64,000 nucleotides of DNA. Origin: Marsupella aquatica (lineage: Eukaryota > Plantae > Marchantiophyta). Below are positions 11,720-24,172 of the stretch, piece after piece; position 1 is the first letter of the stretch; the number at the start of each line of letters is the position of its first letter. Where the stretch lies: NCBI GenBank assembly GCA_973895155.1, contig OZ316895.1, positions 10,528,184 to 10,592,183 of the forward strand, read 5' to 3'. The translations under genes and the position numbers were made by a program. Under the pieces are notes generated by a model that had not been told where the DNA came from, searched no databases, and was given only the letters and a program-made list of their open reading frames with translations.

Positions 11720-14700
11720 ATGTTCAACAAGATTTCTTCTAAGCTGCGGAGCAGGTCAACAGGGAGCAGCGGCAGTAGTCAGGTAGAGGCTAACCCAATT
11801 CTTCTCTGGTTTATGGCGTTTGCCAATCTTAGATCGTAGGTCCTTTCGTCTCCGTTGTTGGATCTATATTCCCAACTTCCTGTGCCGTTGGGAAGACGAA
11901 ATTGTACATTTGCGGTTGCTCGGTAAACTAGTAGATCCCCTTGAAACCCTCATGCTAAATCCGACAAAGCAACGTCGAGTACGAGCTGTGGTGGGGCACT
12001 CAGTCTGCCCTTGTATTGGGTTACGCAGTGTCGGTGACCGTCTCTGCAGCAGTTATGCAAAACATACTCCTGTTCCGTAGAATCAAAGATATAACTGGGC
12101 CTTGAAACCTTGTAGGTCAGAACGTAGTTTGCAGTAGGTCGGGTGAGCTCTTCTTTTGGGTGGCTTTCCACATCGTCCAGGCAGTACACTTCTAGATGAA
12201 CAGCAAGCTTAAGAACTGTCACTGCATTCAGCAAACAAAACACAAGAATATCGTTGCCTCTCCAGCGTCCAGTATGAAGTTCATCTTCGCATTGTTCGCG
12301 AGATCTGTGACGTTTAAGTGCTTTGGCAACCTCTGTTGTCAATTCAGATTCCATAACGTGCTGCCATCTCCAGCCAGAAATAAAGCCATCAGCAACATAA
12401 AGCAATTCACGAAGGCTAAACAAAGATAAATTCCTTCCGTGGCCTTAACATGGAGAAAGGCATGTCCAAATCAAGCTTAATGACCAATACCTGCAAATAT
12501 GTTTGTCCAATGTGAAGCTTGCCCATTTCTGGCCTCCCTCTCTCGTGGACTGTGCACTAGACAAAAGGGATTCTTAGAAGTCCACTCACGGCCCGTGGAA
12601 TACGACCCAGGCTTTGATCTTCAACTTGTTTTTCGTGACAGCTTCATCTATAGACTTCACAGGTCTGACAAGGTCTTGTTATACTCTGTAACTACTCAAA
12701 ATATTACGACAGATACCTTCAATGGAGATCCACTTGAGCTCCCATCATTCCAAGAAATAGAAATAGGGGCGGTCAATCGACGAGTGATGTTACCGAACAT
12801 GACTGGACATACTGAATCTCTACTCTAGTCCCGAGTGCCAAGTGTAGAAGAAATGGATAAGGAAATTTGAAAATAGAGTAGAAATCAGGCCGACAGATAA
12901 TGTCAGCATTCCTAACTTGAGGATTTGGTGCAAGTTCACACGGACAATACGGAATGTATAGACGAAGTTAAAAATGTACAGATGTTGCGAATGTACTTCG
13001 CACACTATGCTGCACTTCTCTGCTGATCAAGAATTACCCTTGAACACCTGACAAAACAGTAGTAGCATACCGTGCATAGCGTTTGAAGATGGAGATCTTA
13101 CGGTGAGCTGCCCATTCATATACTGTTTGCTCTCGTCCAAGGATTTTCTCGAAAACCTTCTTCTGACTTTCAGGACATAGCATATACTTTACACTACGAT
13201 TGCAGAAACGTCAGGTTCCAAGATTGGACAAATTCGGGTGTTCTGTGTCAGGAGGATGTCATATTTCATTCAGTATCTCATCCGCCCTTGTAAATATTCA
13301 AGGTAATTTTAGGACCTGCACACCTTCGTAGCTTCAATGCTGCAAATGCATTCTATGTAGCCGAAAGCCCTGTTGTGTCTTCAAGATGAAAGATCATTTC
13401 AATAATAAACCGAACAGGTCCACTGTCTTGAGAAAACATGAAAGGTACTAGTATATTTGGTGCTAGAGACTGCTCCTCATCACTATTGAGAGAACACCCA
13501 GCTCCTACTCGTCGGGCCCAAGAGATCATCGGGCAGAAGATCCTCTGTTTGCTTTTCTATCTTCCTCAATGAAGCTGATCATTATGCCTGGTTATAGAAT
13601 ATCGTGTGCGTCGTTCTGACCTACGAGGCAGGAGACGAATTGTATGAAGTTTGCCAATGGCGAATAGAAGCAGAGTGACGACGGTAAAAACATGAACTAA
13701 TAGAAAGCTTCACCAGATCTCTGATCACCGATAGGTCCAGTGAACTGACTTGCAAATTTCTGAGTCGGGTCAGACACAACCTGGACTGGTATATGGTCAG
13801 AGAATGAAGCAATGAATGTTTACGCTTATAGATCTCCAACTGGGGGAAACGGATAGAAAACCAAAGTGGCAAGTCTGGCAGCAGGTCATATTAACGGCAA
13901 AAGCAGTATTTATGGAGCAGTGTAACGCAAGGACGTAGTTGATAATTCAACGCTTATGCGCTGGTGACTGCTTAAAAGATTTCCGAGACAACCTTGATCT
14001 TCCTATGCAGTAGAGGGAGAGAGGGAACAGCAGGCATTTCCTCATTTTTTGTATGATGAAAGTTGCGCTCTCTGAATTTTCATACAAATTTGTGCCAAAT
14101 GAATATTGGTTCCACTAACCTCCATTCGTAAAATGCCGACGGAATCTCGATCTCCTTTCATTGCACTAGCTACAGTTCCTTTTCCGTGGTAGTGAAAAGC
14201 GAGACAAGGGAGGCATTGAATTAGGTGCGCGTACTCACGTTTTTGTTGTTGTTGGAAAAAGCAGAAGGACAAGAGCTTTGCATATGGGAAAATGCAAAAG
14301 CTGGGCGACAATGCCCTGTTATCAGAAGGGTTGAACGACGGATTTTCTGAGAAATATTCTTCATCCCCTTGGACAGACAACCAGGAGCATAACGAGGAGG
14401 TACAAGAGCAGGACCAGCACCCGAGAGAATCCAGTTTCAGCTTTGCTGAATCGATATTTCCATTATCGAATGTTGCTGCGGTATCTGCAAAGAAACCTCA
14501 ATACCTAGGGACGACGTCTAATGATGCCGGACTGGACGTTGGGTCAGGTGACAATTGGTCGTCTGAAGACCAGGGTAGTAAGAAGAGCTGGGGTCCTCCC
14601 TCTTCAGCCCAGGACGAAGACATCAATATAGGTCCGCCTGTTTTGAAGGGATATGAAGATGCAGAGGAAGATTTCTTGGGAGACTTTGAGGATTACTTCG

Positions 14701-16794
14701 AGAATCTGTCTGTGGACAATATCAGAAAGGAGCAGTATCCCAAACTTGATGTCCAGCGCTTGGTTTATTTGGATTATGCCAATTGCGGTCTCTTCTCCGT
14801 GTACCAGGTGAGATTTGAATGCTGCTTTGTTGCCAATTCTTGTGGAACCATTCTTTGTCCCCATTTCTTCCTACCATTTAGCAGCCAGATATTTTCTCTG
14901 ATGGTCAAGAGACAAGAATCTGCATGAATATCATTGATATACTCACTAGAGTTGGGTCCAACCCAAACTGGAGTTCATTTATCTGTTCTTTGTTGCTTCA
15001 CAGTGTACGTTTTTGCTAAGCTGATCATTTCACTCAGAAGCTGGTGAAGAGAGTAGTACTCTGTAATGACTTCTAGTCCTTTCTTTCTGGTACTTGTCAA
15101 GCAAAGAAAGTTCTGGACATTGTCTTAAATGGTAGCCACATGGCTATCATTGAAATTCTGCTTGTTTATTCTCTACGTAGGAAGAATTGTTCATTTTGAG
15201 ATTACGTCGTCCAAGGCAACTGGATCGTTGGGTCTCTATATGAGAAAGTTGTATGCATAGAAAACGAATTGTTTTTTGTAATATTTGCGAGGGGCATTTG
15301 ACAGCCAATTCTACTCTATTTGATTGTCGATCTGTGGAATTTAAACCCTCTGATCCGATTCGCGCTATTTTTATTCTTGAGAATCAATTTGACGCGGAAA
15401 TATACTGTTGCTTCGTTCTTGCCTTACAAATTCAGGGAAACCCAGACAAGTATATAATGCAGGGTAGTCTTATCCAGATTAAATTGAAGTTGAAAGCAAA
15501 TCCCCTTTCTCTTGATGGAATTTGGTGTTTGTTTCAGGTGCAGGAGCATATGACTGTACTTTTAGAAGAGGGGCCCTGTTTGGGATTGCCCGATTCCGGA
15601 TTCAATATGAGTAATCATGTTCCCGATGCACAGGATTGTATTTTCCAGCTTCTGAATACAGATCGCTCTGCTTATTCTATCATCTTTACAACAGGGTTCG
15701 CAGCAGGATTCCGGCTGATGGGCCAAGCTTTTCCGTTCCAAAGAAACACTCCCCTTTTGGTGAATCAAGATAATCATGAAGCTGTTCGTAACCTGATTGC
15801 TGCTGCAACTGATAATGGAGCTAAATCGATCTTAGCTGCAATTGAGGAAACGGATCTGTCTTTGCAAGCAACAGAGGTCCGAAAGATTTTAGGGCGGCGA
15901 GTTGGATGGAGTAGCGGGAATGGAGGCCTTTTTGTCTTTCCAGTACAATCATGCGCGTCTGGGGTTGTTCATTCCTTAAACTGGGTGGCGGAAGCTCAAC
16001 AGAATGGATGGCAAGTTTTGATTGATATTTCCACATATTTACCAGCAGGAAAGTTGGATTTGTCACTTCACAAACCAGAGTTCGTCCTTGGCTCTATTGG
16101 TCACTTACTGGGATACCCTGCTGGTTTTGGGTTTCTGCTAATTCGTAAAGATGCTTTCAAAGTTCAAACTGCTGGTTCGGACAACAATGTCAAGTTCATA
16201 CGTTTATCAGGTTCATCAGAAGTAAAGCAAGGTGACAAGGACTGCCTACTCTTGGATGAAGAAAATGTCCTGAACGCACTTTCTTTTTCGGCCATTGCCT
16301 CTGGTCTTACTCATTTAGACATGGTGGGTCACGAGGCAATTCAGAAGAGGGTAAAATCGCTGGCTGCTTGGCTGCTGCAAACTCTTGTTTCTCTTAAACA
16401 CAAGGGAGATCCTGGGCCGCCTCTTGCGCGGGTGTATGGACCTCAGAGTATCAAAAACAGGGGAAACATTATAGCATTCAGTGTCTTGGATTCTACGGGG
16501 TCCGAGCTTCCACCAGACATGGTTAAGAGACTAGCTGAGAAGAACAATATTATCATCAGTGCAGGCCGTCTCTCCAGTCCAGGTGTGACTATCTTGCTCG
16601 GAAACTCTTCAGAAAGAGTAAGAGATACCAGCATCTTTGAGGGAAATAGACGCCAATCGACTTTAGTTCGGGTGTCTCTGGGTCCAGTGAGCACTTTCCA
16701 GGATGTATATAGGTTTTCACAGTTCCTCTCACGTTTTAGGGATGAGGAATATATGTCTGGGGAGGCAATTGGGTTTTTTGAGGACAATTCTTAG
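11720..16794 (+). CDS. Molybdenum cofactor sulfurase-like / class V PLP-dependent transferase-fold protein without MOSC domain, ~620 aa; exons 11720-11782, 14265-14807, 15538-16794
   Basis: Motifs IRKEQYPKL..VYLDYANCGLFS.YQV, YSIIFTTG, LFVFPVQS..SG, W.VLID, LDLSLHKPEFV and VRVSLG.VSTFQDVYRF..F. Splice sites: CAG|gtagag at 11783, aagcag|AAG in frame with the ORF at 14292, CAG|gtgaga at 14808, tttcag|GTG at 15538. The first exon (MFNKISSKLRSRSTGSSGSSQ) is less certain than the rest. Confidence 0.85.
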
Positions 16795-17049
16795 GGTTTA
16801 TTAACATTGGAGAGGATAAACTCTCTCTATATATATGGCACCGTGGCATATGAAGAAGCAGCTGATCGACCTCAGGGAAATACATTGAGTCAGCATTCAA
16901 GCAGGCCGAACAAGTCAAGAGGTGGACCAAAGGTGGGGTTCCTAACAAATGGAAGATGAAGGAAGCTCCAAAGCGAGACTGTGTTGTATCATTGCAAGAG
17001 AAAGAGGGACGAAAGAAGAAAATGAGACCAAGCAGAATTTATTGGGCAC

Positions 17050-17245
17050 TCAGCCCAATCTCTCCTTGATCTGTGGACAGTACTCCTGAACAACACCTGC
17101 TTCACAAAAATAGTTCTCAAATCATTGCATGATATTATGACAATAGGAAGCTAAGATTAAGGAGAAATTTTGGGGGCGTTCAGCCCAGTCTCTTCTTGAT
17201 ATGCAGACAGGTACTGCTGGACAGCATCTGCTTCACAACAGCAAT
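17050..17245. repeat. Diverged ~65-bp direct repeat, 130 bp apart, downstream of the Moco-sulfurase-like gene
   Basis: TCAGCCCA.TCTC..CTTGAT.TG..GACAG...TACT.CTG.ACA.CA.CTGCTTCACAA at ~17050 and ~17180. Confidence 0.7.
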
Positions 17246-20159
17246 TGTTGCTACCTTTGAGAGCGATTTGCTCCAAAACCGTTGGCCTGTCAAGTTACTT
17301 AGTTGTATAGATCACGTCAAGAACACGAACCAAGAACGACTTTATTTGCATTGAGCCGAAAGGAATTTGTTAAGTATCTGTACACTTCAAATTATGATCA
17401 TTCTACTCTTCGTCGAGTACATACGTTGGAGAGGAGAGCCAGTGCATTTCATAGTTTCTGTAAATTCTTGTTACGGTTGCCTGTTTAAACTGCAGGACTG
17501 ACTTGTGGTGAAAGGGATGGTCCCCTGATACGGAGCTTCACGTAGATGTGTAATTTGCACAAAAACTCTTCATACATCTCAAGTTGTCTGGTAGATTCAA
17601 AACATCCCATTCAAGAGCATTTTGATTGTGGTTAAGGGCTATAGATATGATTACATACGGGCATTTGGTCTCATTTTCTTACAAGGTATAGTCCTGTTTG
17701 GCCTCATTTCCCTACACTGTACAATATACAATATGTGCATGATAAAAGACTACTGAAGCACAGTGATCAATTCCCCCCCCCCCCCCCCCCCCCCCTCTTG
17801 CCTTGGTAATCTCTTTCGATAACCATAAAAATGGAATGGATCTGTTTTGATGCAAAAAATTCATCAATCGTTTCTGAATTGTTAACGGTGAACCACAACC
17901 CCATACAAAGTTGTACAATTACAACATGCAAGGACAGCAAAGACATTGCAGAGTGGGAGGGGCGGTGGAATTTATTTTTTCAAACAGGCTTTTATTAACT
18001 TGCCCACAAAAATGTCCAAAATCATGGGATTACCCAGCAAGAAGAGCAAGGAAATTGCAAAGGAGCGCAGGAGGTGTGTGTGTGTTGGGGGGGGGGGATC
18101 TACAAACAAGCTTTTACTAGCCTGACACTGAAAATGCACTAGATCATAGGATTACCCTTGTTGTAACAAAACCTGGTTGCCATCTTTTACTATATAAGTT
18201 AGCTCTTATGGATAACCCTATATGATTACCCTCCAGAGGTGAAACTTACATACTGGAAGTGGATTTACTCTATTTTCCTATATGAGTAACTCATATGGAT
18301 AACCTGGTCTGGTTATTCTTCAATGGTGAAGGAGATGAGACCAACATATAGTAAAATTGAAACAGTCCCTGCAGTTGCCACAAACTACAATGGAATCCAC
18401 AAAGTGTTCTGTTGGAGCCAGCCATTTTTTCTGTATTTGAAAATTTAGCCAAGGTGGCTCCCAACTGGGGCCTATGGAGTAAGGAAAGTTGGCTAGCCGC
18501 ATGTGCTTTGGGTTACAGCCAACTGGTTAATAGTCTCTGGTTAAGAGTAAGTTCATTGGCTAATCTCAAAGTTAAATAGCAGTGCACTTTGGGGGCGAAT
18601 GGTAACTTGAACAGCTGCTCTCTTTAATAGAAATTGAGAAATTAACTTATTGGGGAAAATTCTTGGCTCCTCTAGTTATTGCCAACAACTGGCGACTATG
18701 TACAGTGCATGATAATGAGCGGCAAGTGAACACCCGTATCTTGCCTAGGGCTTGCTGGTGAATGATGCCAGCCCTTGATCCTGATGTGGCTAACTGCTGC
18801 CATGTTTTACACAATTTAGCGTGAGTATCATTAGCCAGCCCCTTTTCTATGTAATTGTTTGGCAAACTTTTGCCCACAAACAAATGGCTGGTTGGAGCTT
18901 GTCTGATTGACCAAGAGGGTTCTCCAGGAGAGCTCCAAGAAGTGTGCTCTGAAAGATGTAAGTCATCCATGTCTTTGAACTAGTCCAGAAGCATTGAAGG
19001 ACAGCCCTCAAAGCAACAAGCTTACACTGACATTCCGCAATTCAACAGAAACAGCTCCAACAAGGTGGGGTTATCTTGGCAACATTATGGCAATGCAGCA
19101 GGTCATCATCACCAATACCACTCTCTTTGCATTGGATTGCATTGCATGAGAAATGATGTTATGTATCAGAGTGGAAAGTAACATTCAAAATGGTCCATTA
19201 GTTTTTGACAGTCATCCAAGTGGGGGGGGGGGGGGGTGGAGGGGAGATCTTGGGTAAGGAATTGACTAAGATTAAAAGACACTGTTGTGAAGGACTTCCT
19301 GAGTGACAAAAGGATACCATGGAAATTTTGGTGAAGCACAATCTCAATGCAACAGTACAAAGGAGTGAAACCATGCACCAAATGAATAAAAGGGAAAAAT
19401 GAGAGTAATGCCTGCAGCCCACCCAACTCTAACAGTAGAAGAGCATTTATTAGCCTTTCTTGACAATGGCAAGCCAATGGGAAATTATTGCATGCATGAG
19501 ATTGAAGCGACAAAAACATCATTTCAGCACAAGTTTGTTGTGGAGAAACATGATCTGCAACCAAAATTGCGCGTAGAGTATGATGAGATTGAAATGGAAA
19601 ACAATAAATTAATTTCAACAGAAATTTGTTGTAGAGAAACCGCATCCGCAAACCAAATTGCAGGCAGAGTATGCTTCCAAAAGACCTGCCTGGAAGTCAA
19701 GGTTAGGAATGTGGAGAGAACTAATGTTTCAAGAAACTCCCCTTGTACTGTAATGCATTAAAGACTGGAACGGGCAAAGCAAAAGTGCAGATTTTGATTA
19801 TGCCGGGACAAGTATATAGGTATGGTGTAGTGGCAGAAAATGATGAAAAAGAGAACAATGATGACAACAAAACTAACAAGAGAATCTAGAGGAAAGGAAG
19901 ATGAGGGACGAGCAATTCCTGATGCTACAATGAAGCTGAGTGAGAGCATAGAGAGACTAACAATATTAACCAAAGAAGACAACCATCTATAGATGACTTT
20001 CTGCAAATAGACAGGAATGTGGATGCATGGCAATCTCGCAGAAGGAGGAATTTGATGGTTGCCTATCAAAAGTATAGTGAAATGCACACACAAAAAGTTG
20101 GGAAGAGAAACCTCGTGTTGTAACCTCAGCAGAGAATGACGCCCGATGAGAAGAATCAA

Positions 20160-22200
20160 GGGGGGAATCGGACCCTATCTTTTGGCAAACTACAGAGCCT
20201 GGTAGAGCTCTGGGGTGAACTGCATAGGGGGTCTAACAATGGAAGCTGAGTAGCTACCTTAGTGCCAACTGCCTCACCCCTACAAAGAATAGTGGATGCT
20301 TGAGACCCGTTCGAGTGCAATTGACACTCACTGTCAAAAACAGGTTGCGATGAAAGACACTGGTGAATAAGGCCTCCGCTTGACATAAAGAACCGCACAA
20401 GACTGTGAGTAGCGGTCAAAGGCCGGGTGAGGCTCCCCCAAAACCCTCAATGGCAAAGGGGAGAAGAGATCTCCAGGGTACCAAATAGTGACTGTAGGCC
20501 TCCTCCTTTAGATGTGCGGCCCTGGTAGCTATGTGACCAGGAATATAAGGCGCCGTGGAAATATTGGCCCCACTGGTAGGGTAGGCAAAAACCACATCCC
20601 AGCCTGAACTTCAGCACACAAAAAGACGAGGTCAGCATGGCGGCGATCAGGAGCACCATCCCAAGGAGGCAAAACGCCTTTGCTCCATGGAGACATGGTA
20701 TCCCAAGTCACATGCAATGGCTGCAACCGCATCCCGAATGTCACATGGGTGGCAGTTCTCTCGCTACCATGACCACACCAAAGTATGTGAACATTTTCCC
20801 CATCCAATGGAGCTCCGCAGACACACGTGGGCTGACCCAACAGGCAAGGGTGGGGAAGACCAAGCTTGAGGCTTGTGGACTGTATAGTGAAGATCAAAGA
20901 TCTGATATGAAAGGGAGACCACAACGGGCTAGCCAAAAGCCAGCCCTTGAACCAACGCCCAACCAGAAAGAAGATGAGCCCAAACCAAATCCGGTGGTGC
21001 ATCAGAAAGCATGCTAGAAAGGGTGTGTTGGTGCATGCGGCCTAAAATCACCTGTTGGATTTATCTGGACTGTCCAAAACAACTCTCTCAAAATCAGGGA
21101 CCATGCTCTGCACCTCCGCGGTCAATAGGGCCCGTCCGTGGCAAAGCTGGACCTGAAACAGGAGAGCTCCTTTCTCCACTCCAAAGACATAGTCTGAGAG
21201 GATAGGCAAAAGCTCCACAATGAAACGAGAAACTAGGGCATGAGCCACTTGTGCCCGAGCCTGTGCCCAACAGCCAAGAAGTACACAAGGAGCAGTGGCT
21301 GTCCTGGAAGGCACCCCCATGCCTCCCTAAGAAGGTGGGAGCGCAGCATGCCAAACAACAAAAGCACCATCCTCTCCATCAAGGGATGGGGGGCCGATTA
21401 AGGTTGCCAAAGACCCCCATGACTGTGGTATTGAATGCAGGGAGCAAGGATAACAACATCAACCTAGGGGAAAGTCCAAAGAAGATAGGAAGGGTGACAG
21501 ACAAAGTACATGACCAAAATAAGGAAGGGAATCTAAATGTCACCTAAAGCCACCAATTGGTCAATGTGCAAGCCATCTTAAGTGAGAGCGACCTGTAAAA
21601 TGTCCTGGTCAAAGGCGGGTCCACCTAAGGGCACCCCAAAGAACCCTGATGCCATCGGTTCAAATGGGTATGCTTAGGGGGGAGAAAAGTAGCCTGGAAG
21701 TGAACTAGGGGATCATATTGCACACTTCATGGGCTGAACAGACAAGTCTAGGAGGGCCAGCTGGTCAACAAAGTGGATGTAAGAATCCCCCAAAACAAGG
21801 ACGGGTGCCACAATGTGAGTTTGGCCACTAACGGAAATAAGCAACCCAGAAAAGTGGCAGAAGAAGCTCAGAATGCCAACTTAAACAATGCACCACCAAG
21901 AGGGTCCCCTCGTGGGGTGCCAGACTCAGACAAGATGGTCAAGTGATACCCTGGGCTTAGAGAGTCAAGATAGAATAGGGGGCGCAGATTCCATAAAGTG
22001 TGAGCAAAAGGAACAAGATATTCAATCTCTCCTCCTGCATCCCAAAGCTCCTCAAACATGCCCTACCGAGAGACATATATAGTTGAATGCATTGGCCACA
22101 TCCACCTGAATAACGGTCCAATCAGGGTGGGTATCCAAAATAGAATGTATGCCATGCACCACGTTCTTGCAACTGTCTGGGCTGGCCACAAGAGGAAAGA
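20160..22200 (-). mobile_element. Degenerate non-LTR retrotransposon with RT and C-terminal restriction-like endonuclease (CRE/R2-type), 5' part missing
   Basis: Minus strand shows HGIHSILDTHPDWTVIQVDVANAFN (~22080-22160), SESGTPRGDPLGGALF, a GIRV.GVPLG remnant, and the zinc knuckle CVCGAPLDGENVHILWCGHGSERTATH followed by RHADLVF. Many stops and frameshifts. Confidence 0.85.
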
Positions 22201-22388
22201 CAAAGTTGCTAATTAGCTACCTAATTATGAAGCAAATGGCTATGTGTCGCCCAATGAGACAAAGTGTCCGTCAGGTCATAAGCCTGGGTTCTTTTGGAGA
22301 TAATATCTTTGAGTTAATACGGTCTTGTTATATCTTTGAGTGTTTATCTGGTTTTGTATTATAGAAAATTATTATAGCAAAATTTTTG

Positions 22389-22730
22389 AAGCTCCTATAT
22401 GGTGAATCTACCTTTCAGATTTTGTCTTATTCAGATTTTTTGTGTCAGTATTTTTATTTCAATGTGTCTTATGAAGGTGCAGCCTTTGTATCATATACAT
22501 TTTTAATTAATTTTTAGACCTCTTTAATTTTAGGTAGTCTAGAGTATTTTGACCTTATTTTGGTAGCCCCTTATAACTTTTAATGCTTGTGATCTCCTAG
22601 AGGTGAAACCAACCGTTTCACCACTTGAACAAAATATTCTCATGAGTGAGAGAAATGATTCTAGATGAAGTGAACACACTGTCTTAAGTTCTCCTCATGT
22701 CTTTTTTTCTTCTAATTTATGGTTTTTATC
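22389..22730 (+). repeat. Dispersed AT-rich repeat, copy 1 (homologous to 32782-33085)
   Basis: Shared blocks AAGCT.CTATATGGTGAATC.AC.TTTCAGATTTTGT, TTTAATTTTAG....AGAGTATTTTGA and AGAGAAATGA...TAAGTTC...AATTTATGGTTTT. Confidence 0.7.
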
Positions 22731-23342
22731 AAAATGCATGTCATTCATAAGGCACATTGAATTAAGTACACAAATCTCAGCATCGTTGTGTTATAAAACT
22801 TGTCTGTACTTTTCACTGGTCACTGCGTTTTTCTTGGTAAACACTTTATTCACATTATATTATCCTTCTAGTTATGCTCTCATATTTTATTTACTTTCAA
22901 ATCACTACACGACAAAAAGTCAAGCATGTTCGATGAGCATGCCTATAATAGTAGTGTGTATGTTAGTCATTCTGCTACCTATCCTTTTCCTTTTGATGTG
23001 CAATTACAGTGACACTTACACGAGAGGACAAAAAATGTCTCTCAGGTCCATTTAAATAGCCTCTCGACCCAGGCAAATATTTAAGATTGTACTGCCAAAA
23101 TGAGAAGAGACTGAGAGTCCTAAACCAAGAGATCTAAACTTTGGCCATAACTACGCTGTCCAGAGCCCACTCTAGTTCCTGTAAGATTGGGAGAATAAAT
23201 GCATTTATTATTGTACTGACAAATGATAAAGACAGAGCCTTTCAAACTACCAGGTACCTAAACTTTGGCCAGAACTACACTGCAGACCTACACCAGTCCA
23301 TGTGGCATTAAAAAACTTGAGAATACCAGGTGGCGTACACTT

Positions 23343-23394
23343 CTACTCCACCCCATGTATTCTCAATACTACATGGGGTGGAGTAGTATTGAGA
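23343..23394. repeat. Perfect 17-bp inverted repeat overlapped by an 11-bp inverted repeat
   Basis: CTACTCCACCCCATGTA / TACATGGGGTGGAGTAG with a 10-nt loop, plus TCTCAATACTA / TAGTATTGAGA. Confidence 0.85.
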
Positions 23395-24080
23395 GAAGTG
23401 GGAGAAGTCCATGTTGCAAAAATCTTTTTTTGGGAACCCACTCCAGTTGACCTACGATAAGATTTTGTGATTTCCCAAATTTCATGACGCCACAAAGGAT
23501 TGGGAGAAGCCCATGTAATATTAATAAATTATGTGATTGCTCTATATCTATGAAAGGCCTAAATGGCTCGTTTCCATGCAAAGGCCAAAATGGATGTGAT
23601 GACTTGTCACTTTATTTGAAGGGTTGACCTAGTGATTTCCATGTAAAGGCCAAAATGGACCTCTCACTTGATATATAGGGTTGACCAAGGGACTTCTCAA
23701 TCTACTTAACTACCAGCAATGAGAAGCCAGGTTGGGATCTAGGCTTCTACAATGAAGCCTCTAGACTCTAGAGTCCCACCAAAATTTGGAAAGATGGATA
23801 GGAAGAAAGATGGGATATTGTGTTTTGATCATGCATGGTGATTTTTGTCATTGTCATTAACATTCAAAGAATGAACAATCAGGCTCGTTTGATCTAATGT
23901 TACTGGATATGAAGGTTTGCAAACATTGGAAAGTGCCCTCTCAAGATGATGTAAAGCCAAAATTGGACTGTTCACTTCATATGAAGGGTTGCGATGAAAT
24001 CTGGGAATTGACCATTCATACACTTACGTGAAAGTGCAATTTTCGAGGGCAAGGGTTGTTCCCTTACAGTCCAGACCTTC

Positions 24081-24172
24081 CAATCTCATATAAATCAAAA
24101 TGAAATACTTGCAATCTCATATAAATCAAAATGAAATACTTCCATCTCATATAAAAACAAAATGAAATACTT
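24081..24172. repeat. ~31-bp tandem repeat, three copies
   Basis: CAATCTCATATAAATCAAAATGAAATACTT three times; the third copy is slightly diverged. Confidence 0.9.

Noticed and set aside
15253-15537. N-terminal 95 aa of the 513-aa ORF
   Set aside because: Intron read-through; homology resumes at the acceptor at 15538.
17773-17795. Poly-C run of about 23 nt (also G runs at ~18087 and ~19222)
   Set aside because: Simple homopolymers in repeat-rich DNA.
19399-19761. 120-aa ORF with a coiled-coil-like segment
   Set aside because: No family recognised; lies in CpG-depleted repeat debris.
24081-24172. ~31-bp repeats (also 59689-59750 and 11441-11520) as a possible CRISPR array
   Set aside because: Head-to-tail with no spacers, eukaryotic context, no cas genes.
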